64,000 bases of DNA, from positions 372,001 to 436,000 of the forward strand of contig JBEWZL010000232.1 of NCBI GenBank assembly GCA_045837725.1, in the 5' to 3' direction. This stretch comes from Vermamoeba vermiformis. Lineage: Eukaryota. Positions within the stretch are counted from its first letter, which is position 1, and each line of letters starts with the position of its first letter. This document shows, in pieces, positions 48,265-62,300 of this stretch. A program made the position numbers and the translations under genes. The notes under the pieces are model-generated. The model was not told the DNA's origin and did no database searches. It was given only the letters and a program-made list of their open reading frames with translations.

Positions 48265-50516
48265 TTAGGCTGAATGTGGTGCTGCTAGCACTAAATCATC
48301 CTCTTGATCTTTTGACGGATCCAAAGCTTCAGTAACTTCAATAGCGTCTTTAGTATTCTCTGGCATATACTTGAATAAGCCATAACTACGCGAAATTTCC
48401 GCGGTGTTGACTTTGTATCCAAAATAGGAAACTGCAAATAACAGCGACGAGCAAGTAAAACCGATCGCAAAGATCAAAAATATTGTGCGAACACTGAGTG
48501 ATTGATAATCGTATATAGCACTGAATACTACTATAGTGAATACTTCGGCTATAATAAAAGGTATTAGCCTCATTAAGTGAATTGGATCTGGAGCGGATTT
48601 GACTTACTGAGTACGCGAATAATATTCTCGATGATAATAATTCTATCAGTCAATTGTTCGGGTGTAGCGATTTGTAATAGCGCCGAAGATTTCGCAGAAA
48701 TTATTGCTACAATAAATAATCAGTTTGAGAATTTTTCCGAGCAAGTTTGGATATTACATCCGCCAATTCCACGAAGAGCAATGCAGGTGTAGAATAATAG
48801 AGCAGTAGGCGACCAATATAAAATATATAACATCAAGTTCTGAACGATAAATCCGGCAATTATCATCCAATGCGATTGCTTCAAATTAATTTGGCCAAAC
48901 GCATCCACGATGACCGGGCCCATTTCTGAACAAAAAATTTAACATTAGCAAGCATTCAATATTAACAATAATATACTCACGAGTAGAGAGTCCCGTTAAC
49001 AACGCAATTAATGCTATGCCAAAGCTAGCAGAGTTGGCCACGTGAAATTCTGAGAACGCCAACTTGATCAAACCCTTCGATATAAAAATTAAGTTTTTTA
49101 AGGTTAAATATTAAACTATAATTATACGTACGATGTCTATAGCCGTCAATGCAAGACTACTAGCGGGTTTGAGCATACTTAATGATAACAAATACCCGTC
49201 GCTGACTAAGAACGAAAATACTTCGAACAGCGACGCGACACCACGATGTCTATTTATAGGCAATGTCATTTCATCGTTATCTTGGAACCGCAATGAACTG
49301 TTAACTATAAGAAAATAAGAATAAGTTAGTTAAGGTTATAATTAATAATGATAATTTGATGCGTACTAAATTCTTCTTGTCTGGCCATGTGCGGATGTAA
49401 CTTGGTCAAGTAGCTTAATAGCAGTACAATAGCCGCGCATAAGATGTGAAGTACACCGTCGAAGACAAAGTTAAATTTCAGTGAATTGCCGAACCAAGAT
49501 ATTAATAGACCTCCTAGACCTGCACCGATCAACATTGCATCTGATCAACTAAATTAGTACCGAAATTTCTACGGTCTGAAAATATTGGCGTAATTCACTG
49601 AATAATTTGGCGGGCAATTTTTAATGGGGAAGCTAAAGTGGTTATTGCCTAATTTGGAAAATATGTCATGATTCGTACTTAGCGATGAGAATTCGGCAAC
49701 AGATTGAGCTACATCGATCTTGCTAAGCGGAGTGTACTGCAGCATAGTTGATCTTTGGCAGATCCGCAAGGCACTCGTGAGCGTGGCTTGAATGAAGGCA
49801 ATCACGTAGATCAGCCAATACAACTCTTTGGTCACTAGCAGCAAGGCGAATGAAAATAACGAATATGCACATGAAAATGCGATCTGATTGGTCGAGGTTA
49901 GTGTTTGACAGGCGATTGTGACACGTGTCACAGAAAACGATCGTTTTTCAGCTTACAATAAATAACTTCTTTTCCAATGAATGGCTAGATATTAACGACC
50001 CTAATATTAAATGCGTTATTATTATTGTAAACATTAATAGAGGCCACTTACGCATAATTGGCTCCGCAAAAATTGGCGGCAAAATCCGCAGGATGAAGTA
50101 GATGCCGACAGAAGTCAATGACAGGCCTCGGTCATTTAAAAAATATAATACAGCTATGAAGGTAAGCCATTCACCAATGCTCGATAACATTGAGAATATA
50201 TTCAACAAGAGAAAACCCTTCAAAATTTACGAAAATTAGTAAAACTAGGTTATATTCGCATATTATGAAATAATATAAACCAAATATTGTTGTACATATT
50301 ACTTATAATATGTAAATAATTTCAGCAAATTTTTCCTACCTTGTTTTGCCAGATGGCGAAATATTTTTTCCATGAGCCGCCTCGAATCAATTCTTCTTGT
50401 AACGGCTCTTCTATTAATAAATCATCCTATAATTTTTATGATTACAATTTTAGAAAATTGCTTGACAAACTTTCTAGATTGATCTTCGGATGTCGCCTCA
50501 CCTCTAAATCAGTCAT
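48265..50516 (-). CDS. Major facilitator superfamily transporter (H+ antiporter/MFS_3-like)
   Basis: LSSIGEWLTFIAV, LRILPPIF, MLIGAGLGG..FVFDG, ALRGIGG; about 12 hydrophobic segments across exons. Confidence 0.75.
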
Positions 50517-50841
50517 ACTTAATGAGTATCAACCATTTAATTGTTATTTATAGGCTGGTTGCTCTTCGTTGTCACGTATATGAAAAATGGAGCAGGCCGG
50601 AAGCGGATACAAAACCAAGAAATTTCTTGTGAACATCCGGTACAAAGATCCGGTCAAGTCTTCAGTCTCGGTTTACACGTGTATATGCGACTCTTATACG
50701 CTGCTTTAAAAGAAAAGTAGGCAGATTTCATCTCGCAGCGAGGTTGAAAAGGCATGTGACCTTCCTTTTATAGAAATATCGCTACACGAAACTAACGAGA
50801 GGAGATTGCAGTAATTATACGAGACGTATACAACGGAGCAA

Positions 50842-53337
50842 ATGATGAGTATTAGATCGAGTCTCAGTGTTGTTTTCGTGCTGCAAGGTACGTACCGATC
50901 GAATCCGCTGTAACCGAAACAAGAATTCGTACTGAAATGATATCATTAATTATGAATATAATCAAATCAATAACTACATCAATATATTGTAAATTCAATC
51001 CGTTTTATAGTCCTATTAATTCTCCAGAATAACCCCAGAAAATTTTCGGTGATCCGACCGATCCAAGTCTTTAAAATTGTACTCGGAGCTACCAATTTTC
51101 CTTGCAATATTTTGATATTAATTGCCACTGTTATTAATTATTGTATTGCAGTTCTCGTTGGTATCGTCGTTAGTCAAGAGATTCCTTCAACGGTTACTTT
51201 TACCAACAAAGGAACGATTGCCAGCTTCGCCTCAGATCCTGGATTTACCTATTACAACGGCTCTGCATATTTTTTCGGAGGTTATCTCGCATCCACCGCT
51301 ATGAAGGTCGATCTGACAACGTTAGCTAAAACTACATTACCTGCTTTCAACGTTTCGCTTCGTGCCAGCTGTGCTGTAACTACTGAAGCAGGCGTTACAT
51401 ATATCATAGGTAAATTCATATACAATTTCGGTATCTTTACTTAACGTTCGTTCCAAATCCAGGAGGAGATGAGGATCCTTCCGCGGGGGGTTACGGCTCA
51501 ACCTCACTTAGAAAGCTTGTTTTAGGCGGTACATCGTATACCAGCCTTGCCACCATGTCGATTGTGCGCCAATACCACCGTTGCGCGTACGATCGAGCGA
51601 CGAAGCGAATCTACGCAGTTTCAGGTGTAATTGTGAAGCCTACATTCGTTAGACTAAGCTCTATGGAATATTACGACATTATTGGTGATACATGGACCAC
51701 TGCTGCGTCTATGCCCGTCCTTAGAAACTTTTTTGGCTTCGCTAACGGCAACGACGGTAATTTGTACCTGATGGGCGGTATTGATAGCGGAGGCACCAAC
51801 CAACTCGATGCATGGAGTTACAATATTACAGCTGATGCTTGGACCTCCATTACTGCGATTAACACAGCGAACTCGAGAATCGGTACGTTTTAATTAATTA
51901 ATTCTTTCAGAAATTCTAGAAAATTTGAATTAAATTATTTTCTATTAGGTACTGCGTTCTATGAGACTGCAGGATTGATTTTATTATTATCCGGTGATAC
52001 TGGTGCGTGCGAGTACTACAACATCAAAACCCAGATCTCGACAACATTCACATGCATTGGCTTGCCTAACTCTGATGTCTCATTGGCTGCTATTAACGGA
52101 CCAAATATCTATGTCATTCAAAACAACGGTGTAGTGTACGAGGCCAATTGCGTTCTCGCAAGTGCTTGTCCTTACGGATGCAACAACGGAGTTTGTAACA
52201 ATCCTCCTGCCGCACCTGTTGCCCCACCAGTAATGTTGCCCGTGCCGCCAATCACTGTTAATCCGCCCGTGGCAGCAGTGCCGTTCTCAGCGTGCAGTCA
52301 ATGCAAGGCACCTACGCCTTACTGCATCACTTCATTGCAACTTTGCATTGGCAAGAGAGTGACTCCCATCTTGCAGTGCGTCGAGTCTGTTGGTGCTTTG
52401 CGACGCGGCCACTTCTCGTACAATAGCGCTGCTACCAGCACATTCAGCATTGACAGCGGATCTGCTAACAACTACATTTCACCCACTGGATCACCGACTG
52501 CTCAGTTCACTCCAGGCCGTCAAAACATCTACCCTGTTGACGCCTTCACTGTAGGTCTATCTAAAGTACAACTGTTCATTACTAACGTTTGCTATGCCAG
52601 GTGGACTTTGCTCCAAACACAGTGGCGACATGGTTCGTTGATGGATTTACTTTGAAGTTTAACGTTTCAGACAGCGCCTTGGACTGCCCTAAGAGTACGT
52701 ACATTATAATACAAACTATTATTAACAGGGTATTAATATTGGATTTTCTATTTCAGATGTTGAATTTTCGGTCAAAGTTACTAGCGTGCCCAGTGACGTG
52801 CAAGCATTTTTGAATAACTTAGTCGTCGTCTTTTCCAAGGCAATGGGCATCGCTTCAGATAGAATCACAGCTATTCTCAGCAACGCTCGAAAACGACAGT
52901 CAGATCTCGAGCAAGAAATTGCGATGACTGTCCGACAAAGTGACAATCCTGGTGATGCCTCAGCAGCGGAAGTAGTTTCAAACTTTATTCGAAATCAAAC
53001 TGCCGTTGCTGATGTCCAGAGTCAAATCCCTGAAGTGAAGACTGTTACCGGCAAGCCGCCACCATGTAAGTCAAGATCCCATCCGGATGCAAGATCCGAA
53101 TTGACTTTCTCTTTTTTAGCTGAGGTATCTGGTCTAATTACTGAAGATATTGAAAGGACTCCTAGACGTAAGACACTACTATTGTACAATAGATAATTAT
53201 GAGTGACTAATAACGTTATTTTTGTAGCGCCTCGTGTAATGCAAGCGAGTGCACCCAAGAGCAGTGTTGTGCATTCAATCGTATCGCATGCTCCACTAGT
53301 CATAATAACGTTGTTTATAGCAAATAGTTTATTTTAA
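50842..53337 (+). CDS. Secreted/GPI-anchored Kelch-repeat protein with Pro-rich linker and Cys-containing C-terminal modules
   Basis: Signal peptide; Kelch signatures AYFFGG, YIIGG, IYAVSG..MEYYD...W, LYLMGG..WSYN...W; PPAAPVAPP linker; hydrophobic C-terminus. Confidence 0.75.
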
Positions 53338-53537
53338 AGCCATAGTGCCGTATTAAATAAAAATCTCCTTGTGAGGATCGAGAACTCTTTGTTGATCCGT
53401 AAACCATTACCTTCACTCGAAATATGCGTACGAAGCTCCAAACACAAGATGCGCATACTGATCTCGTGAGGACTTTCTTCTCGGTCCCAAGTAGCAACAG
53501 AATTTTTTTCGGTTATTTTCAATACATCCGTCTGACA

Positions 53538-54814
53538 ATGACAACACAAGAGAGCGTAATTCGTTGGTGGAACGGCAACCACCAAGCCGAGTATGAATTT
53601 TTAGAGGAGATGCAAAAGCATATTAAGCAGACTAAGACAGATCCGCAGGATGTGCTCAAAGCTTTGCAAGTCTTTATGTTGCAACGCCAAGGAGTTCTCG
53701 TGGACGACAACAAATTCGATATTAGCCCTTATTTAAGCTATATTCTCGGCATTACTGCCGGTTTAGGCCTTGGCTTGTTTTTGCTGGCTGAATCTGCCTA
53801 TGATTTTGGCTTGTGGATGATCTTTTTATCTTTATTCCATTTATGGGAATACACTTACGTTGCTTTATTCCACGTGGAGAACCTCAGCTCTAATTGTAAG
53901 TCCATTTAACAATTTTAAATATTTTTTTTGAATTTGAATCCGCGATTTACGTTCCTTATCTTCAAAAATTAATCTTAAAATCAGCAAATAATATCGAATA
54001 ATATTATGATGTAATATACTAACCAATTACCTGGCCAGCTTTCTTATTGAACAACGGATGGGAATACCAAGCCGCCTTGTGGTTTAGCGTGGCTGAATAT
54101 TGGATTGAATGGTTTTTCTTCCCAAGTTTGAAGGTAATATTCATAATAAGAATTTAAATCAATTTACTATCGAGTTTTCCAGATCGACTATTTTTGCTCG
54201 CGCTTTAACCTTCTTGATCTACCAATCTTACCTTCTCGATTTATACTTACTCGTGCAATATAATAGGGCAATTACTTCTTTATGATCCTTGGTCTTATTG
54301 TGGTTATCGCCGGCCAAGCTATTCGTACTTTAGCCATGTACACTGCTGGATCCAACTTCCATCATATCGTGCAAACCAAACAAGCTAATACCCATCAATT
54401 AGTCACCGATGGAATCTACAAGTATGTATTAACCTACCAAATAAGCTATGGTCAAGTTTCAGATCCTCTCGCTTTTTTCATGAAAAAATGAAACTAATAC
54501 TTTGCTTCAAATAGCTATTTCAGACACCCTTCCTATTTTGGATGGTTCTGGTGGTCATTGGCGACTGAAATTTTAATTTTCAATCCGATCTCATTCGCTG
54601 CTCGCTGCTACGTCTCGTGGAAGTTCTTCGCCGATCGCATCCCGTAAGTTCTTCTTCAACTCCTTGAATAATATTGCCTATTATTGTCATAATACATGCA
54701 CATATTAATTATAATGCCTATAGTTACGAAGAAGAGCATTTGATCCGACAATACGGAAAACAATACGTCGAGTACCGCAAGCGCGTGCCCGTGCTCATTC
54801 CTTTCATCAATTAA
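53538..54814 (+). CDS. ICMT: Protein-S-isoprenylcysteine O-methyltransferase
   Basis: FHLWEY, GQAIRTLAMYTAGSNFHHIVQ, HQLVTDGIY, FRHPSYFGWFWW, FFADRIPYEEEHL, YVEYRKRVP..IPFI*. Confidence 0.95.
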
Positions 54815-55145
54815 TAAGAAAATTCTTATATAATTTGCATTATATAATGCATCGACAGTAGTCAACACTTGGTGGTAGTTTGTTGAAGTGCGTGATCGAG
54901 TTTTTTATCGAAGATCAAACTTGAACTTGCTACAACGAGTATGTAATTATATAATCCCAATATAAATGGCGTATTTGTGATTAGTATTAGCATATTATTT
55001 GCCGCATATTATATTATTCTTCCTTGTGTTTAAAAATTTGGTAGCATGTGTTTTGAAAATGACCCGCAGGTCAATGTGTTCCAAAACAAACGAAATCTGT
55101 TCTGCTCAGTTTATTTTACATTAATGATTGCCATACATTAATTAG

Positions 55146-58100
55146 GCAGAGTTGTATTAGATATTATTGACTTAGGCGTTCAAACAAAATTACCCAAAAC
55201 AGCTCGTGATCTGCTGCACAACTGGTTCAATAACGATTTTATTTGCAACAATAATACAGGTATGTTTACATAGTAATGTGAAATATCGCTATTATTGCTT
55301 TACAATATTGGAGATTTTAACCGAAATTAATTTTTAATTATTTACTTTTGATACTTAAGTCATTTAATGCATTAAATAGCATCCTGATAATTACAAATAA
55401 TATTTGGTCATTATTTATCCATGTTGACTCGTTATTAAATTTCGAAATCTTTGTGACAGATCAGTTTGACAGCCCATCCGAAACATGGACAAATACAAGG
55501 GGAAATACAAAGAGCTGCTGCAATTCGTTAAAGAGTTGCAATCGGAAATAAGCACATTACAGGCTTCAGCTTCGGGCACACAGCTTTCACCGCACGTTGA
55601 ACGAATCTACAACTTGATCTCCGACAAATTAAACGAGAAAAATAAGAAAAAGGTATGACGAGCTATACCATAATATTATAAAGCTAAATTTATTGATTAT
55701 AGAAGCGTCTGTCAAACCCCGATACTTCAGCCAATATCACAAGTCCGCGCCAATTAAAAAATTCGTCCTCATCAACTCCTAAAGAAGCAATTAACGCGGA
55801 AAAATCTAGTGCTAAAATAGACATGAGAAGTTCCGCCCAAGTAGCTGTTCCTACTGTCCTTTTATTGGGCTCACCAAATTCTGTGAAACTGAAAAGTGTT
55901 GATGACCGAGTTATTCCGCCGATCTCCACGACACAAGTACAATCAGCAAAGCTTAAAGACTCGTCAAACAACGAAAAATCGAATCAAAACACGAGCACGA
56001 AAGAACCAGCGACAACTCAACCCGTGTCACCCAGTGAAAGTTCGCAACAAAAAGTCGAAGAGAAAAACAGTAGCAAAGGCATCGATAGCTCTAACAGTAG
56101 CAGCGCGGGAACTCCTCTCGGTACACCTGGAACAAGTGGCAATAATACACCTGTGGGCTCACCTAGCGCATCATCATTCTTCGCCTCTGCACGACCCACT
56201 TCAGTCATGTTGGCACGACCGAATTCAGGAGAGTACGCTGGGGAAGGACAACAAGATTCCACGGCACAAAACAAAGGCGGATTTATTGCTCGACAACCTT
56301 CACAAAGTGTTGTCGGTGAACGTCAAAACAGCGGCTGGAACTTCTCGTCGCGTGGTCGACAAGAGCGACCGGCAGAAGTTCAAATTGGCGCGAAGACACG
56401 CACAGCGACTTCAGATAATGTCCCAGTCGACACTCCAACAGTTTCAAATATGACACCTGTCACTGAAAGCGTATTTGTTACACCAACTCAAGATGCAAAA
56501 TTAGCCGACCAATCACTTCAAGCGGTTGACAGTCCAGCCAAAACTGAAGTGAGTACCACGGTAGAAATGAAAGAAACAATGAATGAAGTCCAACAACAAC
56601 AGCAACAAGCCAATGAAAGTGTCAATAATGAAGTACTGGCTGAAAGTGTCACGAGTGAAAGCACTGTAATTTCACTTGAAAAGACTGAAGTTGTGACTAT
56701 GACTTCTGAATTCAAGTCTAAAGCCAACAACAATAACAATCGCAATTCACTCAACTTGGCGCCTGATTTTCGGAGCCCGTTCGATGATTACAACCCACTC
56801 GAAGAGACAATCATTATGCCCTCGACACATGCTTATAATAACGAACCCAATCCAATGGAAGACACAATTATAATGCCCTCGACGGCTAGCTTTAATGACG
56901 AGCCAAACCCGATGGAAGAAACAATTGTGATGCCGTCATCAGTTGACGGAAGTGCGCCGTTCCAACAATCAACCAGCACTTCAGCGGACGGTTTTAATTC
57001 TCCGCAGTTACAGCCTCGTTACAGCATGTCATTTAATTCTCGGAAATCGATCAGCCCTGGTAATGCGCCGAGAATTACGCTGATTGGTGCAAATAGAAAC
57101 AGAGGTGACTCCGGCGACAGCGGATCTCCGAGCGACAGTCCAAAACAACGATCAGCCGCAAAGACTTATTCGAGCGATTGTAAGTGACAGTATTTCCATA
57201 TTAGGAAAGTCTCGCTAATGTCTTTTTCTTAGCGCTGGTGAGTCCAAAAGGTGAAAACAAAATCATCAAGATTTATTTGCCCAATCGATTGATGCACAGT
57301 GCGTTCTTGCCCAAAGACAAAGTACTCAAAGACGTGTTGCAAAAACTAGTTGAAACTCGTTCAGATCTGACCGATCCAAACCTCGTTGCCAAGGACCTTG
57401 ACGGCACGCCGTTGGACGTCAATTTAACCATTGGTCAACTTCCAGCGGAGATATTGTTCGGAGGTGCTAAGGGTAAGAGAATCATATTTTTATAAAGTTC
57501 TAATTTTAACTGCTGTCTCTCAGAAAACGAACCAAAGTCACAGGAATCATCCGAAGACGAAAAAACTGCAAACGTAAGAACGAAATTTCGCGATGAATTA
57601 TCAACTAATTGTTGCTGTTTTTGTAATTAGAGACCCAAACGAAAGACATTTGCACCAATTAAAGGCTTGGCAAAAAATCTCACTTTGCGCGCCAAGAAAA
57701 ATCGTGACAGCGGCTCCATTGAAGTGGATTCAATTACTGAAGTCAAAGCGAAATCTCATTTAGCACAATCCGCATTAGATGTTACAACGACTCCGAGAAG
57801 AAAAAAGAGCGTGCTAGTCGATGCCCTGGTTGACTTACCGAAATTTCAGCGAAGGCCTGACAGCAGCGACATGTCGAGTCATTCAAATGTAGATAGTTTA
57901 ATTGACAGGCCTGCATTCCAAAATAACAACGATTCTGCTCCTGGAACACCAGAAGTTCCTGGTAAGAGCCATAACTATTATTTCCTAAAAAGGAAAAATG
58001 CTAATTTTATATTTGCAGTCGCCGTGGCACCCAAGCCAAAGAAATTCGAGCAAAAAATTCAATATATTTTGGAAGAAATCGTTAAGACCGAGGCTGACTA

Positions 58101-59263
58101 CAGAAATGACCTTATTAAGTATATGGACGTAAGTCAGAGTGATAATTTCTTTCATGAACCGGAAAGTTTATTTGACACGTGTCACCCTTAAACCAGATCT
58201 TCAAATTGCCACTCAGAAAAGAAGAAATTGTCACGCCCGAAGAAGAACAACAATTGTTTATTAACATTGAAGACATTGTCGTTTTGGCCGATCAAATGAC
58301 CGCAATGTTTGAAGTAATGGTGGACATCAATAACCCTGACACGTGTCAAGTAGGAGAAGCATTCATACAAATGGTATGTCCAAATATAGTATATTCTAAA
58401 TATAGCTCATAATAACATTTATTTAGTTGCCGCAATTTGAGGCGTACAAAAAATATTGCGGCGGGCAACAAGCCGCGAATAAATTATACGTCAATTTAAT
58501 GAAGACTAACAAACGATTCAAGAAATTTATAGACGTAAGTAATAATACTATATATGTAGATTAATTTCTTATTGTTATTTTTAGATGGCGAAAGTTCAAG
58601 CGAACTTGCAAGATTTGGCCTCGTTTTTGATCAAACCGCTTCAACGTATCACAAAGTACCCCCTATTACTTAACGAACTCTTAAAAGAACTTCCGCAAGA
58701 AAATCCAGATGTGCCTAAAATTATCGAGGCTAAGACGGCTATTGAAAGATTGGTCAATGCAACCAACGAGACCAAGCGTGTTGCGGACGCCGTAGAAAAG
58801 ATTCATACATTAGATGAACAACTTAATTGGGATAAATATGTCAGCGAAGGCGGGGAGAAGATAGTATTAAGTGATATTATGGATAGAGTCAGTTACATTC
58901 GTGAAGGCGATTTGAAATTGTTGAGCAAGAGCGGCGAACAAAAATTATTTGGATTATTATTCAATTCTTTTTTGCTCGTTACAAAAATCGACGGCGAAGA
59001 ATACAAAGTCAGATATGTAGTCCCTATGCAAAATCTATACGTTTGGAACTTGGATCCGGCCGAAGGTGCGTAAAGCCGAAACTTTGCAATAATTTACTGA
59101 GCTTCCTTTTTTAGCCCCCGATGCCAAATTTGGATTTGCGTTAGTGAAGAGCGATTCAAAGTTCAGATTGAATCTTTGCGGCATTAGCGAAGCAGACAAA
59201 CATGATTGGATGACCAAAATCAATCAATGTATTTTTATCAAATTTATTGCATACAAAAAGTAA
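55146..59263 (+). CDS. RhoGEF (DH-PH) protein with a Ras-binding-like domain and long low-complexity region; 5' end uncertain
   Basis: RBD-like IIKIYLPN..LKDVLQKL; DH motifs ILEEIVKTEADYRNDL, LFINIEDI, YKKYC, LASFLIKPLQRITKYPLLL; PH motifs YIREGDL..LLFNSFLLVTK..KHDWMTKI. Confidence 0.9.
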
Positions 59264-59310
59264 AGCTTAGCTCATCGATAAATTTCCAACACAACGCTCT
59301 AAATACTCTA

Positions 59311-62300
59311 TTATTTCTTGATTAATTGTGCAACAACTTCTTCGAGCTTCTCCAATCGTTGTTTCAATGCTACGTAATCCTCTAAAGGCACCATATTGTT
59401 GTTGTTGCCTGGTACTTGCGCGTTTGGTGCAATATTTCTACGAGGAGTTGGTACATATCCTTCTAGCTGCTCGTCTCTTAGCGTTTCTGAAAAAATGAAA
59501 TTTCGTTAATATTTTCATGAACGCATTATCCGATTGTAATTCTAGCGTACCTAGCATTTTGTTTTCTTCGTAAGGATATTCGGGCAATAAAATTGACATG
59601 TTGCCTGCTGGAACGAAGTTTGTCGCTTCGATGTTATAGCGCTGTAGTGATGGCTTGAGACTGACAGGGTACGGGAATCCATTGCCCCACACGAACACTA
59701 GACCGGGATTAGATTGATTGCCTTATAAGGAAAGTATGTATACTTACGTTCGTGGTCTTTTGACAAGGCGACGGAATAACTATATTCCGCACCAATCTTC
59801 AAAAACTGAGGCTCCACTTGGAATATTGCAGAATTGAACTTGACTTCCCTAATTTGGTTAAACGGCTCTTCTAAATCGGGGAACGGAAGCTCACTGAATG
59901 ATCGAGGGTTAGGGTTTGCCTTACAATCAATTTTTAAGTACGAGGACTTACTCGCTGAATGTGCCCAATTCACCTTCAGTATTAGAGCCAAAAGAATACA
60001 GCTTGTTATTATCACCTAGTAATAGAATATGCTTGGCACCGCTAAAATGATTGAGCCGTTAATGAATGAAGATCGGAAATTAGATCTGCAAATTTACCTC
60101 GCAATCTGAACGATTCTAACGTCAGGCAACACGATCTTTTTGTTCACGACGAATCCGCCGTCTGGGTAAGTATTACCAAAATAGTAAAAACTTCCTAAAT
60201 AGGAAAAATCACGTGAGCTTGCCGGTCTCTTTACAAAGCACCTTAATTTTCGTACCTCTATTTGACAGCATAATCACGTGCTCGGGTCCACAAGCCACAT
60301 CCACAACAGGATTGTCGATGAGTTCGTTTTCTTTGAACGCGAAATTAGCCATTTCTGGACCAACGCTGATTAACTGCGGATAAGACCCGATATTTTTTCC
60401 GCCAATCTTGCCCCACATGAACACGTGGCCAGTCTTTGAGACAGCAACGATAAATTGACGGCCGCATGCCACTTTTGTGACGACAGTGTTTTGCAATGAC
60501 CGCACGACACGTGGATTTGTTTCGAGGAAACTTGAGAAACCGAGACCCAGAACACCTTCTTCACCCGTGCCCTAATTAGGAAAGTCAGTAATGCTCATCG
60601 GTAGTATCTCCATAATCCCATCCTTACCCAAGTGAAAAGCAAGCCCTTCTTCGTCAATGCAACACTAACAGAAACTCTAAAAAAATTGTGTTAACAAATA
60701 AAATTGATAAAATTAATCCTTGCAACGTATTTTTTGAACTTACGAAGTTGGCACATTTTCATCTTCTACGACTCGGTGACGAGTAATCCAATCTCGATTG
60801 ACATCTAAGTCAACAATTTCTTTGCCAACGAGGCCTTCAATCAACGACACTTCGTTAAACGGCTTTTTGGCGCCAAATAGGTCAATGCGTTGAGTTAGCC
60901 AAGTGAATGATTTGCCCTAACCCCTCAGTATTAATAATTTTATGATACTATTATAATAACATCCTCTAGTCTTACCGTTTCTGATATTGCAGCAACCGTA
61001 ACGTTGTTTCTTTCGATGATTTTTTTAGCTCGTATTGCACTGAGTTGTGGGAAAATAGGAACAACGCTGATAGCTCCGTTCATCAATCCATCACAATCTA
61101 TGATAGAGATCAATGAGCTACGACTCGTAATCTCTTTATATGCTTACCATGAGTTCTCCATTCTTGGAAACCAAGCGTCAAAGTATGAGCTACAATTAAA
61201 AATCAGAAAAATTTTGTCGCGTGAAAATTTGATAAAAAAAACGTACTGTGATTGAAAGGCACAACGTAAGTAGGCGGGAAATACCAAGTTGAGGATAACG
61301 TGTCGAAAAATCCAACGAGCAAAAACTTGTCGTCGGCTGGAACTTGATCCCAGACCTCAGGCGGAATTTCGAGCTCGCCTTTAGAGCTATGTAGAGTTGG
61401 TTCCCACAAGAAGTTATGGTTGTGGTAATTCCAATAATGTTTGCTACGTATTGCTGCTACTATCCTCGAATTATAAAGCGGAATATCCTCCGGTATATTG
61501 TACGTGACTTTGATTGGCTGAGCCGGATCCACTAAAAAAAATCATTCAGCGTTGTCCTCTACGTATTATATTCTAATAAGTGTCTTACCAACGCATGGAA
61601 TATCAATGCGACCGAACATATAAGCAACATTAAACTTCTTCATCTGTTCCTCATTCGTCCAATCAACGTACAAATTGACACCGCTACTTTCCTCGAATTT
61701 CATTACTGCATTCAAATATTAATATTAATATAAATATTATAAAGATGTAGCATAATATTATTGGTATTATTTTTTAAAATTAATGAATATTTTTTGACTC
61801 CCTTACGCTGGTTAATCCAAGCTTGAGAAATTGGGTGATAATAATCGAACTGATGTTCTGCTTCTGGTGGCATGGTGTAATGTGAAGCAACAACGACCCA
61901 ATTGCCATCAGCATCGTGCTCATAATTTCTGCCGTACGCTACAGCAGTGATCAACGGCTTTGGAACTTCTACGCCGAACAAAATTCTACAACAAGTCCGT
62001 TAGAAAAAGTAGTAAGACTCATTGCCATCATAATAACGTTATTACCTTCGAGCAGCTTTGTTCAAAGGGCACTTCGATCCAATCCACAAGCAGTGGAAAA
62101 TGTAAGCCCATTGACGGTAGTTATGAGCTCTCAATGTGATTTCCGATGCAGCCGTTAAATTGTTGATGATCAAGAGTGTTGAAAGAGGGAAACTCAGTTC
62201 TTTGTTGCGTTCTTTGACTCTAATATCCTTAATGCACTCAGTACCTATCAATGATTATTAATATAAATTATTTAATGGCAAAAAATAATTATAGATCCCA

